A stretch of DNA of 63,119 bases, counting the filler, from Reticulomyxa filosa (taxonomy: Eukaryota > Protista > Foraminifera), in the NCBI GenBank assembly GCA_000512085.1. It is 17 parts of 17 records of this genome, joined end to end, with 100 filler letters (N's around TTAATTAATTAA, not from the genome) between each part and the next. Parts side by side here need not be neighbours in the genome. Positions count along the whole stretch, not along the records: positions 25,990 to 28,386 come from ASPP01025856.1; positions 28,487 to 35,265 come from ASPP01001676.1; positions 35,366 to 42,241 come from ASPP01024041.1; 14 more parts are not named here. The stretch is one strand, 5' to 3'. Positions within the stretch are counted from its first letter, which is position 1. Each line of letters begins with the position of its first letter. This document shows, piece by piece, positions 25,990-38,497 of the stretch. The notes beneath the pieces were generated by a model. That model was given only the letters and a program-made list of their open reading frames with translations. It did no database searches and was not told the DNA's origin. The position numbers and the translations under genes were made by a program.

Positions 25990-28386
25990 AAGGTACAACG
26001 AAACGCAGCCTTTATGAATTTCTATAATAGGCATTTCAAAGACATACTGAGATGCTGTGAGTTAAAAAGAAGTAGCATGAACTCGTATACCTTACTACCA
26101 CGGGCAAAGACAATCTTCAAGCCTGGATATTACAAAGACTTGGAAAAAAAAGATCATAACTGAATCTGCAATGGAATGTGCATCGCTATCAGTGACAAAC
26201 ATAACCAAAATACAAATGTTAGTCCACTATCGACTGAGAATTTGATGATTGCACTGCTAAACCAAGAAAAGATCGCGGTCATATTTACATATATTCCTCC
26301 CTATTCAAACAGTTACGAAGCTCGTATTGATGATATATACAAAGACATATGTACACGCATGGACATATTGGACAACCTCGGCTATCGTATTGTGATTATG
26401 GGAGATTTCAATGCAAGGATAAAAGATACTGGAGACACGATAACCAATGAAAATGGGAAGAGGCTGCTGTCATTTTGTAACGTCCATTCACTCAAGATAT
26501 TAAATTTGACACATGCATATAAGAAGTATACATATTATAGGATAATGGAGGATAAAAGAATCGGTACTATACTTGATTATGCGTTGGTAAAGCAAGATGA
26601 CTTCTGGGAAAATAGTGATACGCAACTATGTATGACTGTCATTGAAGAATACGTCGAATCTGACCACTTTCCAATAAAAATTACATTCAAAGTGCCACAG
26701 AAACATGTTGATACTAGTTCATCTAACGAAGGGTGCCCACTGGGACGACTATCAATCGCAAGAGATTACAATTCACTCCAAAATGTATCAACTCACTTTG
26801 CAGATCAATGTGCTAAAATAAAATTATACGATACAATATGTGACACTAATAACAATGTTCATTATAATGCCAAAGATAATACGACAAGAGTCTACGACAC
26901 GTTTATGTACTGGCTGTATGAAACAATTTGGAAATGTAAAGCATATACGTATCGAGTAATACGTGCCAATGAAAGCCAGCATAGCAATCTTCCTGAAGAG
27001 CTAAACAATGTACTACAAGAAATTAACACATTTATACAAGATATAGATCACACAAAGCAAAGGAAATTTAATCGATTAATAGAGAAATATAACGAACTCA
27101 AAAAAGTATATCTACAACAACAAGTAAATATTGCCCTTAACCAAGTGGAAAACGCATTCAAAGGCAAGGAAGATAAAAGATTATACTGTTTGCTATCGAA
27201 AATTGGAGAACGTCCTTGCCATCCTTTACACGATGAAGATGGTACACCAATACATACAGATGAAGGCAAATGTAGGCTGCTTACAAAGCATTATAAAGCA
27301 ATATTTCAGAAGCACAGTGACATCCCAAAGGAGCATGAAACATATATCATGTCAAAGCTCGAACAGTACGATAAACAATCAAAGAGTGAAAGCAATACAC
27401 CATGGACAGAACCATTCACTGAAGATGAAGTGTGTAGTACTATAAATTCCATGAAGAGAAACAAAGCAGTTTTCCTAGATTGTCTACCCAACGAACTGTG
27501 GAAAAGCCTTGTGAAGGAAAACTCTCGCATTTTAACAATATTTATAAACAATATATCAATCGCACATCAGCAATTACCACCCAAGCTAATGCTATCGAAA
27601 ATGACATCAATACCAAAGACAAACATTCCATATGACTGTGACTCGATGAGAGGGATACGTATCAAATCATCTTGTCTCACAATAATCGACAAATTGATCC
27701 TGAAAAGATGCCAACCAATGATAGATAGATACCTTCATCCCGAGCAAGGAGGTTTCCGAGCGGGACGGGGTGTCGATGATCAAATCATATGTCTACGAAT
27801 ACTACTATCACATCAAGACATCACAAAGAAAGAAACCTTCATATGTACGATAGACCTAAAGAAAGCATTTGACAATGTATGGATACCCGGACTACTAACT
27901 AAACTTTATGAGTGTGGGATAACTGGGCATATATACCAAGTGATAAAACGCATCTTCGAAGATAGTAAAATTATAATCGAAAACAATGGACTATGCGACA
28001 ACGAGATTGTCCTAGAGAGAGGAACAGGTCAAGGATTCTCAACCAGTGCACCATTCTTTAATGTGTATATCAATGATATAATACAAGATATCAGGCAAAT
28101 AAATAGTCCGATCACAGTGTACGGGATACCACTGACATGTCTGTTTTACGCAGATGACATCTTACTAGTGGGAAAAAACAAAAGTGACATAAATAAAAAG
28201 ATAAAACTCGTAAGAGATTATTGTACCAAATGGGGATTGAAGATGAACGAAGCGAAGTGTACATTGTCAGTAATAAATAAACTACGACAGACGAGCATGG
28301 AGAATACCCAAATTAAGAATATTGTTGACAAAATAAAGTATTTGGGACTAACAATAAATATAAAAAATCGATGTTGGAAGGACCAT
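25990..28386 (+). mobile_element. Non-LTR retrotransposon (LINE), apurinic-endonuclease + reverse-transcriptase ORF, truncated by contig ends
   Basis: APE motifs YIPP, MGDFNA, ILDY, SDHFPI. RT motifs QGGFRAGR, IDLKKAFDNV, GTGQG..FNVYIND, YADD, IKYLG. The 5' part (25990-26175) carries stops and a frameshift. Confidence 0.95.
26176..28386 (+). CDS. LINE ORF2 (APE-RT), open portion
   Basis: An uninterrupted frame of about 737 codons running to the contig end, with the motifs listed above. Confidence 0.9.
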
Positions 28387-29095
28387 NNNNNNNNNNNNNN
28401 NNNNNNNNNNNNNNNNNNNNNNNNNNNNNNTTAATTAATTAANNNNNNNNNNNNNNNNNNNNNNNNNNNNNNNNNNNNNNNNNNNNAAAATTAATCCAAA
28501 AAATACTGCTAACACCATAACGCATATCATTCCAAATGTGTTATACTTGTCAATATATATTCCATAAAGCAACCCCATTACGCTTAAACTTTGGACTACT
28601 ACTAGTCCTCCATACGGGCAGCAATGTACACGCTGGCATCTGGAGAGCAAGTCATCTAAATAAATCTTGAATTGGCTTTTTCTTTCTTGCATCGGAAATA
28701 TTAAAAAGTTTATTGAAGGGAAATTTATCCAAAAAATCATTTTTTTTAACTTCAAAAAATTCAAATTTTCTATGATATAATAATTAGTTTATTTTCAATA
28801 TTTCTTACATTAAATTTATTCTGTGTAAAAAAAATATTTGGATATTAGATGAAGAGAATTATTAGCATTATATAAACAAACAAATGTTCTATTGCTTGTA
28901 ATAATCTCTTTTGCATGTTTGTTTTTCAAGCGCGATATCTTAAAATAATACAAGAGAAATGTTTTCATTCATAAGATACACAAATGGTTTTTTTTTATCA
29001 ATATTAGTAAAATATACTTTTTTGTCAGAAATATTTAAAAAAGTACAAAGGGATATAGATAACAAAAAAAAAACATCAACTGGGAATATTGAAAC

Positions 29096-30034
29096 ATGTT
29101 CAATTCCAATATGTGAGTGTATGGAATTATGACTTCTAAGGAGGGTCAAGGAGCAAAAAAAAAAACAATAAAGTGGATGAGAAAAACAATATCATACACA
29201 AACACAACAAAGACTAGACTACGGCGTCAATACGTTCAGCCCCGAGAGGTGTTTGTTTCAAGTCGAGTATGCATTGGAGGCAATAAAAGTTATGCATCAA
29301 TTTTGGCATGACAAAAAAATTTTGCTCAAATACAACTGCAAAAAAAAAAATAATTTTTTTTTTATAATTGTGTAACCAGTTGGGTTCCACTGCAAAGACA
29401 AAAAAAAATGTGAAACGTTATTTCCACATAGCAAACTAAATAAATAAAATAAAAAACAGATGTTAGAGCTGTGTATTCTGCAAGCAGACGGACGAACTTT
29501 GGTGGATTTTGCCCGTGTTCAAGCACAAGTTTATAAAATATTTTTTTGATGTTGATTGGAGTGTTAAATAAATCAATCTCTGACTATGAAATATGAAATA
29601 GAATTACTGGTTCACATATGAATGAACATATACCCGTCAAATCGCTCACTCTCACGGTTGCTGATTATATGATGAGTTTTGCTGGCACTAATGACGATGA
29701 CAACGGCCATAAAAGAATGATATGCTTTTTTATTTTTTAAAAAATAAAAATAGGATAGGATGTAATATAATAGATTTAAATATATAACATATATGTTGGC
29801 GCTGGTGGAGAAAGTGCTATGACAGTATTGCGTGAAAGATACGCCAAATCTATGTCTTTGAGAGAAGCCGAAGACTTGGCTGCTGAAATACTGAAACAAG
29901 TCATGGAGGCTAAAATTGGAACTGATAACATTGAATTTGCTTTGGTGTCCGCCGAAAGCAAAAAATGGACTGTTTATGATTCAAAGCAAATTCAATCCGT
30001 CATTGGTAGAATGACTACTTCTGAAGAATCTTAA
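29096..30034 (+). pseudogene. PSMA5: Proteasome alpha-5 pseudogene (intron-retaining, internally deleted)
   Basis: Exon remnants DYGVNTFSPERCLFQVEYALEAIK | LGSTA | ADGRTLVDFARVQAQ | NYWFTY-(frameshift)-EHIPVKSLT | VGAGGESAMTVLRERYAKSMSLREAE..LKQVME. The SRPFGVALL..DPSG block is missing and one donor reads AT. Confidence 0.8.
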
Positions 30035-31370
30035 CAAACAACACGAAACATTACACATTTTTAAACTTGGATCTTTTTTTGTTGATCTCATTTTTTCTTC
30101 AATTTGGTGTTAGGTATGTATCTCCTGTCTTGCTTCTTTGCACTTTCACATCATCGCATTTTAATATTCAACCAAACATAATTTACCATTTTGGAGTAAA
30201 AATGTTCACACACAATCCCGGCACGTGCGTGCTAATTTCACCCAAAATACATCATTCAGATGCAATAACTAGATAATTCACAATTTAAATTTTTTCTTAA
30301 GATTAATGAAAAAAACTTTGATGATAAAATAAAGGCAGAAATGAAATGGCGTTTCAAAATCAGTACACAAGCATTCAATACGGGAAAAGACACATCTAAA
30401 CCTACTTTTCATATCCTATTGAATGAAAATAACACCACAAAAACAAGTAGTACTGTCCTACGATTGAGTTTATTTTACTAAAAAGTGTGTCAATTAGAAT
30501 ATAGCATGTGGAGAGTGCTGATTGAACAAACGCAAGTAAAGTACGGCCACTGCCGAGAAAGGAGGAGTAGATGCAGATGCTATAGATACTCAGACTCCAG
30601 CCTCAAAGCAGACAAAATTAGAACTCTACTTGGTCCAAATCAACATATATCGAGGAGAGAGATAGAGGTACTGATTTGAAGGAAATCACCCTTACTGAAA
30701 AGTGTGCTTTCAAGCTTGTGAGAGAAAGCGAACAAAACAACTCAAAAAAAAATAAAAACAACAATGTGGAAATCAAACTACAGATAATAAGCAACTAACG
30801 ATTTTGGAACCTGTCAAGAGTGCGTTTTGAAGTATATCATTAATGATAAACTTACAAAGTGGAACGTAACTCTTAACTTTTTAACTCAATAGATGGGAGA
30901 AAAAATATTATGTCTGATATGCCAAGAAAAAATTTTAAATTTTTATTTATCGGAGTGATTTTATTTGGAACAAAGAGCCAAACAAAAGATTGCAGCAATT
31001 ATAGAATTGCCTGTTGATTAAAAAGTAAGCAACCCTAAGTTATTATTTGTTGAGTGATAACATAAACATTTCAGCAAGGCAATAAAAACGGTTTGGGAAA
31101 GAACAACAGACCGTAAATCTCAAATAAAGTAGAACGACGTTAATTGTAAAAAAAAGGCAATCTTTAACAGCGTATTGCTTTGATAACAAGCAGAAGAAAG
31201 GATAGGAAAAAAAGGCTCTATCATTCATTGTGGAAAACAACAACAAAAAGGACCATAATATTAGCTAGCACGATAAAGAACTCTAACTTGTTATTTGGAA
31301 TATTGCGTAGTGTAAATTATTTGACAAATTTGAGCGCCGAACAGTTTTATGTGAACAACCGAGCAATTTA

Positions 31371-33027
31371 TTAGTACATGTGATACCGCATTGGTTGACC
31401 TGGCTGTACTACCGGACCAGAATTAATCTGTGGCTGTGGCAAAAGAGGTGAAGGATCATTAGGTAGATACCCAGGGGGCGGGTGCATTCGCCTTTGGGAA
31501 TCATTAGCCCACCTCGAGAATATGCCGGCGGATTCATGTGAGACCCACGCATGGGGATGTGTCCTGGGGGAGCACGCATAGGAGGAGGGGGAGGAGGTGC
31601 ATAAGGATCGAATCTATCATTATAGACAGGAGGAGCTACACCAGAGCCGCGCATACCTCGGTATCCTTGGGGTATTCCACCAAGATTGCTTCTCCCTCCA
31701 AATCCTGATCTTGTACTAGCCACATATCCACTTATACCTCCTCGACGTTCTCCAATTCCTCCACCGCCACGACGATGAGGACTATCTCGACTTTCTCTAT
31801 TGTCTCTATTGTCTCTATTGTCTCGATTATCTCTGTTATCTCTTCTTTGGCGCTTATTCAAATCTTTTTCAGTACATACCAAACATACACATAATAATAG
31901 AAAATATATTATATTATTATATAAGAAAGGTTCTTTCTTTTTTTTGTTAAAACATATTTGCTAACTGCTGTGCCCTTCATCGTCCCCTTTGTCTTTCAAT
32001 TTGAATGTATCCACGGCCACTTCCACTAAATTGCCGTCTCTGTCCTTTGCCGGCCCAACTACTTCACGTATTCGAAGCGGATTGCGCAATGGTGTTGCCA
32101 AGGACACTTGCACTTGCTTTCCTTCCACATCCACTGCGCCGTGTTTCACTGCTATATCTGCCTCTACTGCATTACCAAAGGTTATGAATCCGTACCCTTT
32201 TTTTTTTTTTTAATCAAAAAAAAAAAAACAACACTTTTTTGCTATTTTGCGATTTTGCGCCAAAAAAAAAAATAAAAAAATAAAAAACCTTTTGATAGGT
32301 TATTGATACGATCGTAAATGATAGTGGCATCATCAACAGTACCAATCCTTTCGAAGGCTTGTCTCAATTTGTCCTCGGTGGCGTCATAGGTCAGTCCTCG
32401 AACAAACACTCTGCGCTTGCTTGGATCTCCAAATGCAAAAGCGTCCAGGAATTGAAATACGTTGTCATTCTTCATGGCAGTTTGTGTCAAGGCCTCGATG
32501 ATCAAATCCGTGGGCGTATCGCTCAAGTAAAACAAAATGTCTTTGTCCGTCAATTCGTCTTTGTTCTTGGTGTGCAAGTACAACAACTTTTGCGAAGGCG
32601 TTTCAAACGTTTTCTCGTAACGAGGGTTTTTGTTTGGAAATATATTAGTGCTAAGACTGTGGTTAAAGTTTGGGCTTGGGCTGGGATTGACACCTGTATT
32701 GATAGTGCCGAAATTGTTACTAGCATTCGAATTGATAATAGTATTGATAGATATTGGTATAGCAGCGACACTGTTGGCTGTTGTATTACTACCTACTATT
32801 TCTTGAGTCAATTGGCTCATTTCTTGATTCAATTCATTCAATTCTTGTGTTGGACTTTCGTCCTCTTTTTTGATCAAATTATCATTAACATCTGCTACAT
32901 TACCTACGTTCGAAACAGCGCTTGATTGCGATTCTCCTAATGCTGCCTGCTTATTATCTGATTGTAACTCAGTATTTTGCACTTGTTGAGTGGAATCAAG
33001 GCCTGTCATATGAATTTCTTCTGTCAT
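31371..33027 (-). CDS. RRM RNA-binding protein with RD/RGG and Pro-rich tail (UBP1-associated protein 2-like), 3 exons
   Basis: RNP2 VFVRGL; RNP1 KG|YGFITF across the intron at 32197-32288; RDN repeats and RGG. The tail PPPGYLPNDP..MRYHMY* is reached after a 1-nt shift near 31508. Confidence 0.85.
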
Positions 33028-33654
33028 GGCAAGTCAACGATATATAATCAAGAATTTATCCAAGGCACAAAAAAAATGCCCTGAAAAATACCATTCTTGG
33101 AGCAAATGTAGATTTGAAGTACAACAATAAAAAAGCAACATTTGTGCGAAATTAACGAAAATTTTTGAAAAAAGGTTGCTAGTATTTTCTCAGCTTTTAA
33201 TTATCAATATTTATACTCCTTATACCATTGTAAATCATTTAAGATAAGCTTCAAACCCGTTTTATTTTTGTACCAAAAAAGATCTGAGAATTTTGTTTAC
33301 TGAATGTTTCATTTTCCAGTATTTTCAGATGATAATTTTTGTGATTCTTTAAACAATTGAGATTTTTCTGCATTAAGCTTCGTTTTTTCTTGTTCCTGAT
33401 CACAAAAAACAAAGCAAACAAAATACTATCCAGAATTTTCGCGAAAAGGAAAAGACACCGAACAAGCAGAGCATGTATAGAATCTAATTTGGATTGATAT
33501 CTTTGATAACGTAAATGAAGCATATTCAATTGGTTTGCTCTCACTTTTTTATCATAGTTCGACTGAAGGAGCAGTGCAGAACATTGTGTAAATATTGCCT
33601 GTACGTTAGGTTGTGTTTGCCAAAATAAGACGCCATGTCACAAGAAGACAAGAA

Positions 33655-35183
33655 TCACGCAGATGATTTAATTAGAACTTCCAACTCTTGTTCAGTGGAA
33701 GAACATAAAGCCAATAGATCACGTTGTACATCTGACGGTAGGGACATTTCTCTAAAACACCACGCTAGCTTTTTTTGTTTTTCTTTTTTGTCGCTGTACC
33801 CACACATTTTTGCCCATTAATAAAAATCAAATAAAATGACTGCTAATCAATTATTTTTTTAAGATGTATGTAATCAAAACTACTTGCAAAGCATTTATTT
33901 GTCATAACAAAAAAATGTCTAGCAAATTTTATGTTTTCAAAAGTTAGCCTGAAAATTTTCATTTTCTAACTAATACAAATAATATTGTGAATAAGAAAGA
34001 AAGAATGACAACAACAAAAAAAATAAAACGGCTGCTTTGCCAAGAGAAAGAAAAACAAAAGAAATAAGAGCTGCAACTGAATGCAATACACAGAAGCACA
34101 AGACAACATATAAAAATAAACTAGTATACAATTAAACCAAACCGACACTGCGGGAAAAAAATATTTGTCAAACTCTCTATCCTGCACATTGACAACATTT
34201 TTCTTTCCAACATTTGATCCGGTATTCTGTGATCCTAATTTCTAGTGATTAGTTTGCAGTGTTGTCAACAAAAAAAGACAACAACACTAGCAATTGGAAG
34301 AGCTGCAGCTTGTCCAAACTGCTCGCTTTTGGAGAGTAATTCTTGTAAAAACTATTCCATTTTCAGATTAGGCTTATAATCGTATAATGCAAAAAGAAAA
34401 AAAAACAATTTGCAAATTAACATCAGCCCAACGGGAGGATAATGAACAATTATTTTTAATCTCCTCTAAACAAGCAACAATCAAATCCATGATGAAATGC
34501 TCGGACATTTTCTTCACCTCTCCGTACTGGTTCGCGCAAATGGCTAGTGCTTGAGAAAAATGCCATCGTACAGACTCAAAATGAAACAAGCTAGCAAGCA
34601 TTTTTCCCAAGGATACATGGAACGCAATTAGTTCTGCCGACTGTGTCCCAAATATCTCTGATGCGTCTTTAATCAGTGCCTTGGCCTTTTTCTCTGCTTC
34701 TTCAAACTTTTTTTTACAAAAAAAAAAAAAAAGAAATGTATACGTTCTTTTTTTTTATTGCAATTTTTTGCGAGTTTGGGTAGGTCTTAAGAAATCTTTA
34801 ACGTGTTTTTCGCACAAAGTGTTCAATTTTTTTTTTTGAACAAGAAGGGGGAAGGGATAATTACAAAAAAAAAAAAATGTGAGACAAAATAAGTGCAAGA
34901 AAAACAAACAAACAAAAATTTCGTAAAAACTCAACTAGACAAGGGTTGGATGTGGCCAATCGAAATAGGCAAGAAAGGTGAAATGTCCTCGCATTTAGTT
35001 CTTTGTACATCTTTGTTTGAAAGGCTGTGATATCATCGCTTTGATTTAGCGAGACAATTGCTTTTACCAGCATGTCCCCATACGTTTTGGCAACGTCATA
35101 ACGTTTTAAATTGTAATAAGCTAAGCCCAACCCTTGGAGTACTCTAATCTTTAAAAATAATGCCGCGTTGTTTTGGTTGACAT
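33655..35183 (-). CDS. TPR-like helical repeat protein, 3' part, multi-exon
   Basis: LQGLGLAYYNLKRYDVAK and SLGKMLASLFHFESVRWHFSQALAICANQYG resemble TPR helices. GT-AG introns remove the apparent stops. The last exon is uncertain. Confidence 0.5.
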
Positions 35184-35365
35184 CTGCACACAAAAAAAAA
35201 AAAAAAAAAAAAAAGAAGGAGGAAACAAAAGAAATTTATTTTTGGAGGGACTGTTTTATAAAAAGNNNNNNNNNNNNNNNNNNNNNNNNNNNNNNNNNNN
35301 NNNNNNNNNTTAATTAATTAANNNNNNNNNNNNNNNNNNNNNNNNNNNNNNNNNNNNNNNNNNNN

Positions 35366-36569
35366 TTTCCGGCAACATATAGCACTGTTATTAAAAAAAA
35401 AAAAAAAAAAAAAAAGGGAGGCTAAGGTTAAGTAACACAAAACAATCAATCAAATAAATATATTTTTTTATAAAAAAAAAAATACTTGTGGGATATTGGT
35501 TTTGACAAAAGGGATGCCACCTGCTTCTCGGAGTAGGAAAATCATCTCACCATCCCAGGTCTTCAAATAACCGCATTTGCAAAGCATCCCTTTTTGTTGT
35601 TATGTTTGTGGAAAGTGTTGTTTTGCAAGTGAAGCCGACATTTGGATAAGTCGCACAAATGTCAAAACCTCCAGTGCAATCCGAGTCCTATTCATTAATA
35701 GAGAAAAAGAGAAAGAGAGAGGCAAAGAAGAAGAAGAAGAAAAAAAATCATTTTTTTTTAAAGGATCAAATGGATGCATATATATTAAGTTTTTTTTTTT
35801 TTTTTTGAAATTTAAAAAAAAAAACTCTTTAACCTTCATAATGAAGGGATCTTTAATGGACAGCGGAATGCCTAACAAAGGTTTCGACTTCAAAAATTCG
35901 GCCAAGGCTTTTTCTCCTTCTTTTCTTTTTTCTGTTATTAAAACACATTGTATTTGTTTATTAATTTATTCAAAATGTTTTTTTTTATTTTTTTTACCCT
36001 CTTCCCCCCCCTTTTTTTTTTGCACAGTGTGACAAACCATCTAATGTGCGATCCAGTTCAATAGCCATTGTCCATGCTTGATCGTAATGCTCTTCCAACA
36101 GACAATTCAAGCGCTTATGAGACTCGCGGGCTTGGTGAATAAATGTCATTATCACTTCCTCACATGTATGCCGTCCATTTATTATGCTCTCTCGGATTTT
36201 TACACCGGACATCTCTAATAGTCTTTTTTTTTTTTTTTGGTTTGAAAGTTTGAAAGAGGAGCAAAGGGGGTCCACTCATAAATTAAACAACTGTATATTA
36301 CATATGTTTACTTTGGCGTCTGTTGCAACTTTCGAACCGGTCAAACACTTATGCACTTTTTTTTTAAACTCGTTCCTTTTCCATTCGCCTCGCTTCTTCA
36401 ATTCTTCGAAGCGATTGTGAGCAAGCAACCGACGGACACCTTCACTGGCTACGTACACTGCAAATATTCCACATATCAACTTCTTTTTGTTTCCTAGCGC
36501 CCATCTTTGCGCTTCAACCCAATCCACGTTTTTTATTTTTGCAGGGAAAAAACTTGTCAAGGTCTCCAT
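35366..36569 (-). CDS. Amidase-signature family (FAAH-like), 3'-truncated
   Basis: N-terminal TM helix; KPLLGIPLSIKD (catalytic Lys); DCTG|GM; LLREAGGIPFVKTNIPQ. Confidence 0.88.
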
Positions 36570-36909
36570 TCTTACTTCTGAATGTTATTGCTAGTTTTAT
36601 ATACTTTAAATCACACCAAAAACGTGACTTAAGTTTTTTTTTAATATCAAGCTGAACAACTCGTTTACGATCTTTTTTCATTATTGAGACCAGCTTGATC
36701 TAATATTTTCGTTCGAAGAATCAATAAAAAAAGACTGCAAGTTAAAAATATAAAAATAGAACTCAAACATTGACAAAGATCAAACATTTAACATGAAGTG
36801 TATTTAATACCAAACAAAAAGTATCAAGATTCACAATTAATACCATTTCAACCAACAACAAATACGCAAGCGATTCAAAAGATAAAATTTTTTTGGAGTA
36901 GGAAACAAG

Positions 36910-37143
36910 TTTGGGACGTCTGCTGATAGTATTGATGCACTAACTGTAATACGAGATGTGTTTACTTAAAAGAGAATAGTAGCTTTCGTAAAACGAAAGT
37001 AAATTAAATAATAAAACGAAATAACAAAAGAAAAATAAAGAAAAGTAACAAAGTAAGAGGTAAGTTGTTGAGGAAGTTTAACCTACTGGGTATTTATCTG
37101 TTCCCTTGGCGTTCATATATTTATAACATGGACTTGCCCTACA
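36910..37143. mobile_element. Solo-LTR-like element, copy 1 (234 bp), 4-bp TSD CAAG
   Basis: caag|TTTGGGACG...GCCCTACA|caag. Colinear with 53011-53239. Confidence 0.85.
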
Positions 37144-38497
37144 CAAGATTTTCCATGATGAAGGTACTAAATCCAAAAAAAATATATAACAAATAACGAA
37201 AAATCACAATGTTTCAAAATAAATTAATTTCAAAACAAAAGAAAATTAAATTTGACTATGTGATCTATGTAAAAAAATATTTTGTTTGCGACCTTATGCA
37301 TCATATACGTACATATACATATATAATGTATGTCACTAAAAAAAATTAATGTTAACATATTAATCATTAACACTAACTTTGTAAAAAAAGTTTTTAATGA
37401 TATTGAATACATAATCAGATATATATTACATAGTATAGCAGTATATCAAATAGTTTTGAATAATCAATTTAAAGATTTTCAACGATTTTGTATTGTGCAA
37501 AGTTCGTAGCGAAATCGGAGCAAGATAAGATACAAAGAAACAAACTACTAAAACAATTTTTTTTACTAGTAAATTTTTTTATTACTAGTTGAAAATAACA
37601 TATATCATAAAATGTCAGATATGTCAATTGCTCAACGATATAAACGAAGATGCACGAAACAGTATTCATAACAAAATATCACTAACAATCAAATGACAAA
37701 TAAAATTTATCAACTTTGCTAAATAAGTCAATCAAATAACTCACAATATATAACAACAAGCGAAAAAACTATTTATTCTTTTTTGAATTTTAATGTTTAA
37801 TAAAAACTTAAAATCTCAAATGTTGTACTTATAATCGTGTACATTTTGAGAAATTTTTTATTATATTTTCCTTTTACTTTTTGTTTTTCTTTAGATTACT
37901 GTGTTCCTTTTGGGACGAGGTGATCTTTTTAATTAGTTAAGATCTACATTTTCGTTAAAAAAAAAATTTCCATATTACACTTGATATATATTATAATTGT
38001 TGGCTATTTGTCGAAGTACAAATAAATCAAATGCAATAAGTTAATTGTTTTATTTTCAAAAAATCAAAAGTTCTGCAAATTACTTTAGAAATTTTTCTTC
38101 ATCCTTTTTGCTTATTTTCAAACGTGCTTTCACTTTTTTGCTGTCGTTCAGTTATTGCCACCACACTGTTTCGTGTTTTACTGACTCATTCATATTAGTG
38201 TGTTCTTGTTTTTGTGCTTACTTTGCTGCTGTTATTGAAAGTGATATCTTGATAATCATTTTGAAATTTTGAGTTTAAATATAATGTCTGAACCCCCCTG
38301 GATATTTTTGTTTTTATCACTGTTGTTTATTTTATATAATGTAATAAATTTGAAAATTTGGAATTTTGTGACTCTTTAAATGACTAGTTGCTTCTTTTCA
38401 TTTCTACTTGACATTAACACTTTTAACAAAACTGTTTCAATGATTTTGGATAGGAAAATGTAGAGACAGAAGTTAATTGAAAATTTGTTTAAAATTT

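Noticed and set aside
30300-31370. Long ORF-poor, moderately GC-rich stretch as a possible ncRNA
   Set aside because: Its position directly after the RRM stop codon fits a long 3' UTR, and I recognised no RNA-family motif.
34240-34375. In-frame TAG and TAA in the TPR-like gene suggesting stop-codon reassignment
   Set aside because: Both fall inside plausible GT-AG introns (one has an ACTAAT branch point), and conserved genes end normally at TAA or TGA.
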